DNA from: Thermoleophilia bacterium UBA2241
GTDB taxonomy: Bacteria > Actinomycetota > Thermoleophilia > UBA2241
Length of the DNA stretch: 64,000 bases
Direction: 5' to 3'
Assembly: GCA_002347645.1 (NCBI GenBank)
Contig: DDYF01000039.1
Location: 68,541 to 132,540, forward strand
Shown: piece by piece, positions 19,133 to 28,593 of the stretch
How positions within the stretch are numbered: the stretch's first letter is position 1
Layout: the number at the start of each line of letters is the position of its first letter
The notes under the pieces: generated by a model
What the model saw: the letters and a program-made list of their open reading frames with translations, nothing else
Databases searched by the model: none
What the model was told of the DNA's origin: nothing
Translations under genes and position numbers: made by a program

Positions 19133-21169
19133 TCATGGCCGGCGGCGTTGGTGCTCGCGGCCGGGGGCCCGGCGCCGCGGCGGCCGGCTGCCCGTCGTAC
19201 GCCGGTTGGGCATGCGGCCACGACCGGCCACGGGACGGTCGGGTGCCTCGAGCGCGGGCGCGAGGTCGACGCGGCCGCGCACGCAGTCGACGCGCTCGAC
19301 GCGGACCTCGATCGCGTCGCCGAGCCGGTAGCGGCGGCCGCTGGCGTCGCCGATGGCGGCCGTCTCGTGCTCGCTGAGCGAGAAGCGCTCCCCACCCAGG
19401 CTGCGCATCGGCAGGTAGCCCTCGTGGACGCCGCCGAAGCGCACGAAGATGCCGCCGGCCACGAGACCGGTGATCTCGCCCGAGAAGGCCGTCTCCCACC
19501 CCATGTCGTGGAGGCGGCGGTCGAGCAGGAAGGTGAGGGCGATGTCGTCGCCGTCGGTCTCCGTGCGCGCAAAGGCGCGCTCGGTGACGGAACAGGACTC
19601 GGCGAGAGCGACGAGCTCCTCGTCGCCCGGCACGCCTGGGCCGTCGCCGAGCTCCTTGAGCAACGCGCGGTGGACCACCAGGTCCGGGTAGCGGCGGATC
19701 GGCGAGGTGAAGTGCAGGTATCCGGGGCTGGCAAGACCGAAGTGGCCGCGGTTCCGCGGTGCGTAGACGGCCTGCTTGAGCGAGCGCAGAAGGAGCGTGG
19801 GCCAGGCCAGCCGGCCACGGCCCTCGCGCGCGCTGGTCGCGGCGATCGCCGCCGCGGCGCGCGCGTACGCCGCGCCGAGCTGGCCGCTCTGCAGCGCGCC
19901 CTCGGGCAGCGCCGGTACCGGCACGCCGAGCTCCTCGAGCTGGTCCCAGAGTTCGAGCGCGCTTTGCGCGTCGGGGGGCTCGTGCACGCGGAAGATCGCC
20001 GCCGCCCGGCGCTTGAGCAGGAACTCGGCGACGGCCTCGTTGGCGGCCAGCATGAACTCCTCGACGAGGGCGTGCGAGGCCGTCTCCGGGCGCGCGGTCG
20101 CGCCCGTCAGGCGGCCGTCGTCGTCGAACTCGTACTCGGGCTCGAACGAGGCGATGCGCAGGGCGCCGCGGGCGAAGCGCTTGCGGCGCAGCGTGCCCGC
20201 GAGCTCGGCCGCCAGGCACAGCTGCTCGATCAGCGCGGCGTCGGCCTCGGTCGTGGCGTCCGGGACCGCAGCAGGCGGGCGGGCGGCGGCGGGCTGTGGG
20301 GCCGTCGAGTCCTCCCGGACCGCCGCGGTGCCGGCGGCCGCTCCATCGTCGCCGGCCGCGGCCGGCCCGTCGCCGCTCTCTGCGTCCGGCGCGGCGGCGA
20401 TCAGCCCCTCCGCGGCACCGTGCGCCTGCAGGATCTCATCGGCGAACCCGTACGTCAGCCGGTGATCGCTGCTGATGGTCGAGCGGTAGAACTGCGTCGA
20501 CGTACGCCGGCCCTGCGCGTCGAACGTGAACTCGACGGTCAGGCACTTGCGCGGCGTACGCGGACGCAGGCTGCACAGGTCCGACGAGAGCGCCGCCGGC
20601 AACATCGGCTCCGCCCACAGCGGCAAGTACAGGCTCGACGTGCGGCGGCGCGCCTCGAGGTCGATGGCGCCGCCCTGGTCGACGAAGTACGAGACGTCGG
20701 CGATGTGGACGTGGGCGCGGTAGCCCTCGCCCTCGCGCGCGACCGAGACGGCGTCGTCGAAGTCGCGCGCCGTGTCCGGGTCGATGGTGAACGTCGGCAG
20801 GCCGGCGAGTTCGCGGCGCGCGTCGTCGGGATGCGCCGCGCGCCCGCGCACCGCATCGGCCTCGTCGAGGACCTCGCCCGCGAACCCCCGGCGTACGCCG
20901 GCGGCGTACAGCAACGCCTTGAGCGCCGCATCGAGACTGGCCGACGGCCCGAGCACTTCGACGACGCGCAGACGGTCGCCGGGGGCCGGCACCGCGAGGA
21001 CCAGGTCGTCGAGCTCGAACGGCACGCTCCCCTTGGCCGTGAGGTACGAGCGCTCGTCGCCGTGGATCGGTTCGAGCGACCAGAATCGACCCCGGCGGGC
21101 GGCGCGGAAGGGACGCGCGGCCGGCGGTGTCGGCCGCTTCTTCGGCGGCTTCGTCGGCGTCTTCGTCAC
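19133..21169 (-). CDS. rnr: Ribonuclease R / RNase II-family 3'-5' exoribonuclease (RNB domain plus C-terminal S1 domain). It carries an Ala/Pro/Gly-rich insertion.
   Basis: 678 aa. RNB catalytic region ...TIDPDTARDFDDAVSVAREGEGYRAHVHIADVSYFV... The S1 domain reads GEITGLVAGGIFVRFGG. GTG start. Confidence 0.85.
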   Translation of the reverse strand: MTKTPTKPPKKRPTPPAARPFRAARRGRFWSLEPIHGDERSYLTAKGSVPFELDDLVLAVPAPGDRLRVVEVLGPSASLDAALKALLYAAGVRRGFAGEVLDEADAVRGRAAHPDDARRELAGLPTFTIDPDTARDFDDAVSVAREGEGYRAHVHIADVSYFVDQGGAIDLEARRRTSSLYLPLWAEPMLPAALSSDLCSLRPRTPRKCLTVEFTFDAQGRRTSTQFYRSTISSDHRLTYGFADEILQAHGAAEGLIAAAPDAESGDGPAAAGDDGAAAGTAAVREDSTAPQPAAARPPAAVPDATTEADAALIEQLCLAAELAGTLRRKRFARGALRIASFEPEYEFDDDGRLTGATARPETASHALVEEFMLAANEAVAEFLLKRRAAAIFRVHEPPDAQSALELWDQLEELGVPVPALPEGALQSGQLGAAYARAAAAIAATSAREGRGRLAWPTLLLRSLKQAVYAPRNRGHFGLASPGYLHFTSPIRRYPDLVVHRALLKELGDGPGVPGDEELVALAESCSVTERAFARTETDGDDIALTFLLDRRLHDMGWETAFSGEITGLVAGGIFVRFGGVHEGYLPMRSLGGERFSLSEHETAAIGDASGRRYRLGDAIEVRVERVDCVRGRVDLAPALEAPDRPVAGRGRMPNRRTTGSRPPRRRAPGREHQRRRP

Positions 21170-21173
21170 CGCG

Positions 21174-22346
21174 TCACCGCGCCGCGATGTACGCGAGCGC
21201 CCGGTCCAGCGTCTCGTCCTTCTTCGTCTTCGGGTCGTCGGGCGCCTTGATGTCGGGCTTGATGCCCTTCTTGTCGATGTTCGTCCCCGCCGGCGTGTAG
21301 TAGGTCGCCGTTGTCAGCTTGAGGCTGGCGCCGTTGCCGAGCGGCACGATGCTCTGCACCACGCCCTTGCCGAACGTCGTCTCGCCGATCACCGTCGCGC
21401 GCTCGCGGTCGCGCAAGGCCCCGGTGACGATCTCGGATGCGCTGGCCGTGTACCCGTTGGTGAGCACCACGACGGGCAGGTCGGTGGCGGGCGTCTCGTC
21501 GCTGCGGAAGACCTCGAGCGGGGAGTTCAGGCCTTTCGTCGAGACGATATCGCCCTCCACGAAGACGCCGGTCACGTCGACCGCCTCCGAGAGCAGCCCG
21601 CCGCCGTTGTAGCGCAGGTCGAGGACGATCCAGTCCGCGCCCTTCTCCTCGAGCTTATCGACCTCGTCGCGCACGTCGTCGCCGGCGCTTCCGGCGAACT
21701 CGTAGAGCTGCACGTAGCCGACATCGTCGCGGCCCGCCTCGAGCATCTCGGTCCTGGTCTGGGGGATCGGGATCGTCTTGCGCGTCAGCGTGATGGACTC
21801 AGCCTTCTCGGCGCCCTTCTTGCGCACCGTCAGCGTCACCTCGGTGCCGGGCTTGCCTTTGATGCGGGCGACGCTCGCCTCGAGCGCCTCGCCCTCGGTC
21901 GTCTCGCCGTCGACCGCCACGATCACGTCACCCGGTCCCAGGCCGGCGGACTTCGCCGGCGAGCCGTCGAAGACGCTCGTGATGAGCAGGCCGCCGTCCT
22001 TCTTCTGCAGCGCGGCGCCGATGCCCGAGTACTCGCCCTCGGTCTGCTCCTCCAGCTTCTTCGTGTCGCTCGGCGACAGGTAGGCGGTGTACGGGTCGTC
22101 CAGCGACTTGAGCATGCCGTCGATGCCCTTGGTCGAGAGAGCCTCGGGGTCGACCTCGCGGTAGTAGCGGCCCTGCAACTCTTCGATGATCCGCTGGTGG
22201 AGTTCGCCGGCTTGGGCCGCCGCGTCACGCTCGTCGGCGGTCAGCCGAACGGCGTCGTCGCCGTGCGCCCGCCAGCCGGCGAAGTAGCCGGCCAAGAAGC
22301 CGAGGGAGACGAGAATGACCAGGAGGGCTGTCCGGAGGGCGCGCAC
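21174..22346 (-). CDS. S41 carboxyl-terminal processing peptidase (Ctp/Prc-like) with a PDZ domain
   Basis: 390 aa with an N-terminal signal/anchor, a PDZ domain (GSPAKSAGLGPGDVIVAVDG) and the catalytic Ser/Lys blocks NGYTASASE and GETTFGKG. Confidence 0.85.
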   Translation of the reverse strand: MRALRTALLVILVSLGFLAGYFAGWRAHGDDAVRLTADERDAAAQAGELHQRIIEELQGRYYREVDPEALSTKGIDGMLKSLDDPYTAYLSPSDTKKLEEQTEGEYSGIGAALQKKDGGLLITSVFDGSPAKSAGLGPGDVIVAVDGETTEGEALEASVARIKGKPGTEVTLTVRKKGAEKAESITLTRKTIPIPQTRTEMLEAGRDDVGYVQLYEFAGSAGDDVRDEVDKLEEKGADWIVLDLRYNGGGLLSEAVDVTGVFVEGDIVSTKGLNSPLEVFRSDETPATDLPVVVLTNGYTASASEIVTGALRDRERATVIGETTFGKGVVQSIVPLGNGASLKLTTATYYTPAGTNIDKKGIKPDIKAPDDPKTKKDETLDRALAYIAAR

Positions 22347-22429
22347 TGCTCAGGAATCGTAGACCGGGGACGAGACCGCCGCAAATCGCGGCGGGCGGAG
22401 GCCGAGGGACAGCGGGCCGGCGGCGGCGC

Positions 22430-23638
22430 TCAGGGGAGGTAGCCCATCGGGTCGACGGGCGTCCCGTTGACGCGCACCTCGAAGTGCAGGTGCGGACCCG
22501 TCGAGTAGCCGGTCGAGCCGACGTAGCCGATGACCGCGCCCTTCTGCACCGCCTGGCCGTAGCTCACGGCCACCGACGACTGGTGGGCGTAGAGGGTCGA
22601 GACGCCGTCGCCGTGGTCGACGGCGACCGTGTTGCCGTAGCCGTTCACCCAGGTGGCGTAGATGACCTTGCCCGCGTCGGCCGCCCAAATGGCCGTCCCG
22701 CTGCTCGCCGCGATGTCGATGCCGGTGTGCAGGAGGCGCTTGCCCAGGATGGGGTGGATGCGGTAGCCGAAGCCGGAGGTCACCGTGCCGTTCACCGGCC
22801 AGGTCATCGCGCCGGTACCCTGGCCGCCGCCGGCGTTGCCGTTGATGATCCCCGCGAGGTTCTGGCTCTGTGCGAGCAGCTCGTCCTCCTGCCGCTCCAG
22901 CTCGGCGAGGTCGGACGTGGCCGCGGCGAGCGTCGCGCCCTTCTCCCGGCGGGCGGCGTAGACGGCATCGCGTTGCTCCTGCTGGGCGGCACGCAGAGAG
23001 GCGAGCGCCGCGCGCTGGTCTTCGAGGTCGGCCGCCGCACGCGCCGCCTCTTCCTGCTTCTCGTCCAGTGCCGCGCGCTCCCGTTCGACCTCGTCACGCG
23101 CCAGCTCGAGCCGGCCCAGCAGGTCGCTCTCGCCGCCCACCAGGTCGTGCACCACCCGGAACCGGCTCACAAGGTCTTCGACGTCCGACGAGCGCAGGAG
23201 GACGTCCAGGTACGAGAGGTCGTTCGCCTTGTAGAGGACGACGATACGGCGCTCGAACGCGGTCTGCCGGATCGCGAGGCGGTTCTCGGCGACCTTGAGC
23301 TCGATACGCTTCTCGCGCAGCTCACCGCGCAGCCGGTCGAGGCGCGAGAGAGAGGCGGCCAGTCGCTGCTCGACCTCGGCGATCCTGGCCTCCGTGGCGG
23401 CGAGGTCGTCCTCGATGCCGCCGAGGCGCGCGTCGATGCCCTGGAGCTGCGCGCCGAGGTCGTTCGCGCGCGTCTCCGCGGCGGCGATCCGCTCGCGCAT
23501 GAGTTCAAGCTGGCCGCGCGTGCGCGCGAGCTCGTCCTGCGCCTCACCGGGCGTGAGCGCGAGCGCGAGCGGCGTGACGAGCCCCGCGGCGAGGGCGGCG
23601 AGGAACGCGGCGAGGATGAGGGTGCGAAGCCGGGACAT
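22430..23638 (-). CDS. EnvC-like murein hydrolase activator / M23 metallopeptidase with an N-terminal coiled-coil
   Basis: Signal peptide, then about 250 aa of heptad coiled-coil, then the C-terminal M23 domain (HTGIDIAASSGTAIWAADAGKV...HLHFEV). It sits immediately after ftsEX. Start is the internal ATG (MSRLRTL) of ORF 22430..24082. Confidence 0.8.
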   Translation of the reverse strand: MSRLRTLILAAFLAALAAGLVTPLALALTPGEAQDELARTRGQLELMRERIAAAETRANDLGAQLQGIDARLGGIEDDLAATEARIAEVEQRLAASLSRLDRLRGELREKRIELKVAENRLAIRQTAFERRIVVLYKANDLSYLDVLLRSSDVEDLVSRFRVVHDLVGGESDLLGRLELARDEVERERAALDEKQEEAARAAADLEDQRAALASLRAAQQEQRDAVYAARREKGATLAAATSDLAELERQEDELLAQSQNLAGIINGNAGGGQGTGAMTWPVNGTVTSGFGYRIHPILGKRLLHTGIDIAASSGTAIWAADAGKVIYATWVNGYGNTVAVDHGDGVSTLYAHQSSVAVSYGQAVQKGAVIGYVGSTGYSTGPHLHFEVRVNGTPVDPMGYLP

Positions 23639-23694
23639 GACCTTCACCACTCTACTTCGGCAAGCCGGCCGTTTTCTGTAGACGGCCGCCGCCG

Positions 23695-24603
23695 TCAGGT
23701 ACGCAGGTACCGGCGCAGCGCGACCAGGCCGCCGGCCGCGCCGAGGACGCCGCCGAGCAGCGCCAGCGTCGGAAGGAGCCCGAGGGGCCAGGTGTCGCCC
23801 TGCCACCAGAGCGGATAGACGTACGCGTCGAGGTAGTCCACCGAGTTCTTGAGCCAGTCGGCGACCGCCCAGTTCACGAGGTAGACCGACAGCGCGCCGA
23901 TGATCGCGCCGATCAGGCCGGCTGCGAAGCCCTCGATCACGAAGGGCCAGCGGATGAACCAGTTCGTGGCGCCCACCAGGCGCATGATCTCGACCTCCCG
24001 GCGGCGGGCGAAGATCGAGAGCCGGACCGTGGTCGAGATGAGCAGGATCGCGGCGGCGGCGAACAGCGCCGTCGCGCCCCACATGCCCCAGCGGATCAGG
24101 TCGATGGTGCGCAGCATGCGCCGCACCGTCTTGGCGGCGTACTGCACCCCGTCCTGGGTGCCGGGCGTGTGCGACACGATCGGCTCGTCGTAGAACAGCG
24201 CCGCGACGGCGTCGACCTGGTCGGCGTCCTTGACGTACACCTCGAACGATGCCGGCAGCGGGTTGGTGGCGAGGTTCTTGGTGATGTAATCGCCGACGGT
24301 CTCGCGGAAGCGGTCGAGCGCCTCTTCCTTGCTGACGAAGTTCACTTCCTTGACCTGGGACATCGCGAGGACCTTCTGCTGGAAGGCCTTCTGCTCCTGC
24401 GGCGTGGCGTCGTCCTTGATGAAGACCTCGATCATGACGCGGTTCTCGAGGCTCGTCGCGCCGCGGTCGAGGTTCTCGCCCATCACCAGCACGCTGCCGA
24501 GGATCACCGTCGAGATGAACACGGTGATGACGGCGGCCATCGTCATGACCCAGTTGCGGCGCAGCGAACCGAGCGCCTCGCGGAGGAAGAAGCCGAGGCG
24601 CAT
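23695..24603 (-). CDS. ftsX: Cell-division ABC transporter permease-like protein FtsX
   Basis: MRLGFFLREALGSLRRN start, a large extracellular loop and four transmembrane helices. It lies 1 nt after ftsE. Confidence 0.85.
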   Translation of the reverse strand: MRLGFFLREALGSLRRNWVMTMAAVITVFISTVILGSVLVMGENLDRGATSLENRVMIEVFIKDDATPQEQKAFQQKVLAMSQVKEVNFVSKEEALDRFRETVGDYITKNLATNPLPASFEVYVKDADQVDAVAALFYDEPIVSHTPGTQDGVQYAAKTVRRMLRTIDLIRWGMWGATALFAAAAILLISTTVRLSIFARRREVEIMRLVGATNWFIRWPFVIEGFAAGLIGAIIGALSVYLVNWAVADWLKNSVDYLDAYVYPLWWQGDTWPLGLLPTLALLGGVLGAAGGLVALRRYLRT

Positions 24604-24604
24604 C

Positions 24605-25312
24605 TCAGACGCCTTCCTCGAGGTCGTCCGGCGTCTGGTCGTACGAACCGCGACGTTCGTCGCGCACGAGACGGCCGGCATCCAACTGGAGGACGCGCCG
24701 CCGCATGCGGTTGACCATCTCGCGGTCGTGCGTGGCGATGACGACGGTGGTGCCGGTGCGGTTGATGCGCACGAGCAGCTGCATGATGCCGACCGCGGTC
24801 TCGGGGTCGATGTTGCCGGTCGGCTCGTCGGCGAGCAGCAGCGGCGGGTGGTTGACGAACGCGCGGGCGACCGAGACCCGCTGCTGCTCGCCGCCCGAGA
24901 TCTCGTGCGGCAGGCTGTTCGTCTTCTCGCCGAGGCCGACGAGGTTGAGGATCTCGGGCACCTTGCGACGGATCATGCGCCGCGGTTCGCCGACCACCTC
25001 GAGCGCGTAGGCGACGTTCTCGTAGACGGTCTTGTTCGGCAGAAGTTTGAAGTCCTGGAAGACGCACCCGATGTTGCGGCGCAACAGAGGCACCTTGCGC
25101 TGCGGCAGGGTGCCGAGGTTGCGCCCGGCCACGAGGATACGACCCTCGGTGGGCTCGAGCTCCTTGAGGACCAGCTTGATGAGGGTCGACTTGCCGGAAC
25201 CGGACGCACCGACCAGAAAGACGAACTCACCCTTGCCGATGTGGCAGGTGAAGTCCTGGAGGCCGACCACATCCGGGTCGTAGGTCTTGGTGACGTTCTC
25301 GAAGACGATCAT
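24605..25312 (-). CDS. ftsE: Cell-division ATP-binding protein FtsE
   Basis: Walker A GASGSGKST, ABC signature LSGGEQQR and Walker B LLLADEPTGNID. Start is at MIVFENVTKTY. Confidence 0.9.
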   Translation of the reverse strand: MIVFENVTKTYDPDVVGLQDFTCHIGKGEFVFLVGASGSGKSTLIKLVLKELEPTEGRILVAGRNLGTLPQRKVPLLRRNIGCVFQDFKLLPNKTVYENVAYALEVVGEPRRMIRRKVPEILNLVGLGEKTNSLPHEISGGEQQRVSVARAFVNHPPLLLADEPTGNIDPETAVGIMQLLVRINRTGTTVVIATHDREMVNRMRRRVLQLDAGRLVRDERRGSYDQTPDDLEEGV

Positions 25313-25543
25313 GTGTCTGGGCCGCTCCTCGTTCCGCCCGCCGCAGACCAAGGGCTGATTATGGACGGCTCGCCGGGCAAGTCAACCTGACCGACGCTCC
25401 GCTACACGCGATGCAAAGGGGGTTGCCGCACGCTGAGAAGGACCAGTTTGAGCGAGCCAAAGGAGCACTGGTGGCCGGCAACCCCGTTCATACCGTTCGG
25501 CGCGACGGCGGGCGTTCCTTCCCGCGCGTCGCGCACCGCGGTG

Positions 25544-26053
25544 CTACCAGCGTTCGCGCTTGACGAGGTCGTCGAGGGGACGGCGGTCGGTGTTCGCCGC
25601 GGCCTTGTCGGGCCAGCCCAGCGGCGTGAAGGCGATGGGCTCGACGTCGCCGGGGAGGCCGAAGACCTCGCGCGCCGCGGCGGGATCGAAGGCGGCGATC
25701 CAGCAAGTGCCGAGCCCCAGCGCCGTGGCCGCGAGAATGAGATGGTCCATGGCGATCGTCGCGTCGACCTCGTCGTAGGGCTTCTCGTCCATGCGCCGCC
25801 AGGCCTCGGCGGGGACGGCGACCACGCCGATCACCAGCGGCGCCTGGGTGAACCAGCCGCGCCCGTACACGCGCGCCAGCTCGTCTTCCCTGCCCTTCGT
25901 CTCGACGACGACGAGCCGGAACGGCTGCCTGTTGGCCGCCGTCGGCGCCCTGCGCGCGGCCTCGAGCACCTGGTCGAGCAGCTCGCCGGGCACGGGGTCG
26001 GGCTTGTATCCACGGACGCTGTAGCGCGCAGCGATCGTCTCGAAGAAGTCCAC
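25544..26053 (-). CDS. Nitroreductase-family (NADH/flavin) oxidoreductase
   Basis: 169 aa. ...RYSVRGYKPDPVP...APTAANRQPFRLVVV... is the classic nitroreductase fold. GTG start behind a GAGGAGGG Shine-Dalgarno. Confidence 0.75.
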   Translation of the reverse strand: MDFFETIAARYSVRGYKPDPVPGELLDQVLEAARRAPTAANRQPFRLVVVETKGREDELARVYGRGWFTQAPLVIGVVAVPAEAWRRMDEKPYDEVDATIAMDHLILAATALGLGTCWIAAFDPAAAREVFGLPGDVEPIAFTPLGWPDKAAANTDRRPLDDLVKRERW

Positions 26054-26137
26054 GAGCCCTCCTCAGGCGTGCGGCCGATACTGGCTGAAGCTTAGCACGC
26101 CGGCCTGTCCCGACGGCGAAAACGCTTGTCTTCAACG

Positions 26138-26151
26138 AGAACGGATGTTCT
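26138..26151. promoter_or_regulatory. Perfect palindrome AGAACggatGTTCT in the divergent nitroreductase/TetR promoter region, a candidate TetR operator
   Basis: Seen in sequence. It is centred about 100 bp upstream of the TetR start. Confidence 0.3.
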
Positions 26152-26243
26152 AATCACCACCGTGACGGCCCGGCGACAGCCCCTTTCGGCACCGGTCGCC
26201 GTACGGCCAGACCGGACGAAAGGCCCGACGAACGGTCGGCGAC

Positions 26244-26858
26244 GTGAACCTCATACCACTGGCCAGGACCGAGGTCGACTACGAGGCCCGGCGGCGAGAG
26301 ATCGCACGGGTCGTCGCACGCGTGTGGGCCACGCGCGGCGAACGCGCCTGCACGCTGCGCGCCGTCGCCGCCGAGCTCGGCACCTCCGTGACGGTGATCA
26401 CGCGCTCGTTCTCCTCGCGCGCCGCGATGATGCGCTTCACCCGCGAACGCCTCTTGCGCGAGTGGGCGGCGTCGACGGTCGCGGCGATGGCCGCCGCGAC
26501 CACGCCCGCCGCCAAGCTCAGGGCGCTCCTGCTCGAGCAGTGCCCGACCGACGAAGAGGCCCTGGCCGACGGGACCCTGTGGCTCCAGACCCTGGCCCCG
26601 GGGCAGCGTGACGAGGAGCTGATCGCGGGCAACAGGAGGTTCAACGACGAGCTGGTGGCGACCGCGGAGCCACTGCTCGAGGAGCTGGGCATCGACCGCG
26701 CGGTGGCTCCCCTCCTGATGATCGCGGTCTACGGCCTGAACGCGGCCGCGATCGAGGACCCCCGCACGTGGACATTCACACGCGTCGAAAGGACGCTCGA
26801 CGACATCCTCCGCCGTCACGGCGTCGAGGACCATCAGCCGAGGAGGGCCGACCGATGA
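26244..26858 (+). CDS. TetR-family transcriptional regulator
   Basis: 204 aa with an N-terminal HTH (REIARVVARVWATRGERACTLRAVAAELGTSVTVITRSF). GTG start. Its stop overlaps the next gene (ATGA). Confidence 0.75.
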   Translation: MNLIPLARTEVDYEARRREIARVVARVWATRGERACTLRAVAAELGTSVTVITRSFSSRAAMMRFTRERLLREWAASTVAAMAAATTPAAKLRALLLEQCPTDEEALADGTLWLQTLAPGQRDEELIAGNRRFNDELVATAEPLLEELGIDRAVAPLLMIAVYGLNAAAIEDPRTWTFTRVERTLDDILRRHGVEDHQPRRADR

Positions 26859-28240
26859 AGGAGCAGGCACCACGGGAGATCGACCAGGACCGCGTCCACG
26901 AGCTGACGCAGCGCGAGGAACAGCGTCTCGAGGAGCACACGCCGGAGTCGGCACGGCTGTACCGGGCAGCGAAGGAGAACCTCGTCGCCGGGGTGTCCTC
27001 CGGCTACCAGGCGCGTGAGCCGTACCCGATCTACTTCACCGAGGGGTACGGCTCGAAGATCCTCACCGTCGACGGCCAGGAACTCTCCGACTTCCACAAC
27101 GCCTACGGTTGCATGGTCCAGGGCCACGCCCACCCGGTGATCGTCGCGACCATCCGCGAACGATGCGCCAAGGGGACCCAGTTCGGCTTGGCGACGCCCG
27201 ACGCGATCACCGTCGCACGGCGCCTCGCCGACAACTTCAAGCTGCCCAAGTGGCGCTTCGTGAACTCGGGCTCCGAGGCGACCATGGACGCGATCCGCAT
27301 CGCCCGCGCGTTCACCGGCCGCGACACCGTCATGAAGATCTTCGGTTCCTATCACGGGCATCACGACTACGTGATGGTCTCGACACCCATGAACTACGGC
27401 GACATCGGACCGCGCGACGACTACATCTCGGCGCCTTTCGGCGGTGGCATCCCCCAGGCCGTGGTCGACATGACGGTGCCGGTGCCGTTCAACGACGCCG
27501 AAGCGATGGAGCGCCGCCTCGCGAAGCTGGCCAGAGAGGACCGCACGCCGGCCTGCATGATCATGGAGCCGGCGATGATGAACATCGGCGTGGTTCTGCC
27601 CGAGCCGGGATACCTCGAGGCGGTGCGCGAGATCACGAAGCGCCTCGGCATCGTGCTCATCTTCGACGAGGTCAAGACCGGCATCTGCACGGCACCGGGC
27701 GGCGGCGTCGAGCGGTTCGGTGTGGTCCCCGACATGGTCTGCCTCGCAAAGGCCCTGGCCGCCGGCCTCCCCTCGGGGGCGATCGGCGCGACCGACGAGA
27801 TCATGGCGCTCGTCGAGGACTGGCGCGTGTACCAGGTCGGCACGTACAACGGGAACCCGCTGAGCATGGCGGCGGCGCGCGCCAACCTCGAAGAGGTCAT
27901 GACGCCCGACGCCTACGCGCACCTCGACTACCTCAACGACCGGCTCGTCGGTGAGTGCGACGCGATCTGCGCGAAGTACGACTTCCCCGGCTATACGGTG
28001 GGGATCCGCTCCAAGGGCTGCGTCGACTTCGCCACGGGACGCATCACCGACTACGAGTCGTTTCAGAAGTACCAGAACGGCGACCTCAGCGAGCTGGCCT
28101 GGCTGTACAACTTCAACCGCGGCGTGCTCATGGCGCCCGGGCGCGAGGAGGAGTGGACGCTGTCGATCCAGCATGCCGACGAGGACGTCGACCGCTACGT
28201 CGCGGCCTTCGAGGAACTCGTGCGCGACGTGACGGCGTGA
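26855..28240 (+). CDS. Class-III (fold-type I) PLP aminotransferase, GSA-aminomutase-like
   Basis: 461 aa from the internal ATG MKEQAPRE. The family blocks LSDFHNAYGCMVQGHAHP and FVNSGSEAT are present. The PLP-Lys region reads VPDMVCLAKALAAG. Confidence 0.8.
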   Translation: MKEQAPREIDQDRVHELTQREEQRLEEHTPESARLYRAAKENLVAGVSSGYQAREPYPIYFTEGYGSKILTVDGQELSDFHNAYGCMVQGHAHPVIVATIRERCAKGTQFGLATPDAITVARRLADNFKLPKWRFVNSGSEATMDAIRIARAFTGRDTVMKIFGSYHGHHDYVMVSTPMNYGDIGPRDDYISAPFGGGIPQAVVDMTVPVPFNDAEAMERRLAKLAREDRTPACMIMEPAMMNIGVVLPEPGYLEAVREITKRLGIVLIFDEVKTGICTAPGGGVERFGVVPDMVCLAKALAAGLPSGAIGATDEIMALVEDWRVYQVGTYNGNPLSMAAARANLEEVMTPDAYAHLDYLNDRLVGECDAICAKYDFPGYTVGIRSKGCVDFATGRITDYESFQKYQNGDLSELAWLYNFNRGVLMAPGREEEWTLSIQHADEDVDRYVAAFEELVRDVTA

Positions 28241-28323
28241 GAGACCCGGCAGCGGCCTGAACCGGGCCCCGGAGGAGCGACGATGAGAGCAGCGGTCTTC
28301 GAGGCGGTCGGCGGGAGACGCTG

Positions 28324-28593
28324 ATGGCGAAGACGATCCTCTGCCTGTGCCGGGACGTGACCGCCGAGGACGTGCGGCGCGCGGTCGCCCAGGGATACGG
28401 CGACCTCGAGACGCTGAAGCGCTTCACGGGCGCGTGCACTGGCCCGTGCCAAGGCAAGACGTGCGTCGACGCGGTCCGGCGGCTCGTCGCCGAACTGACC
28501 GGTCGCGACGTGGAGGAGATCGCGGTACCCCCGGCCCGGCCGCCGACCACGCCCGTGCGGCTCGGTACGCTGGCGGCGAAGGACGCGTCGTGA
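28324..28593 (+). CDS. Small BFD-like [2Fe-2S]-binding subunit (HcnA/OoxA-small-like)
   Basis: 89 aa with Cys-x-Cys (LCLC) and Cys-x2-Cys...Cys (ACTGPCQGKTC). Its stop overlaps the next start (GTGA). Confidence 0.7.
   Translation: MAKTILCLCRDVTAEDVRRAVAQGYGDLETLKRFTGACTGPCQGKTCVDAVRRLVAELTGRDVEEIAVPPARPPTTPVRLGTLAAKDAS

Noticed and set aside
25448-26095. A 215-aa plus-strand ORF
   Set aside because: It lies antisense to the well-supported nitroreductase gene and has no domain signature.
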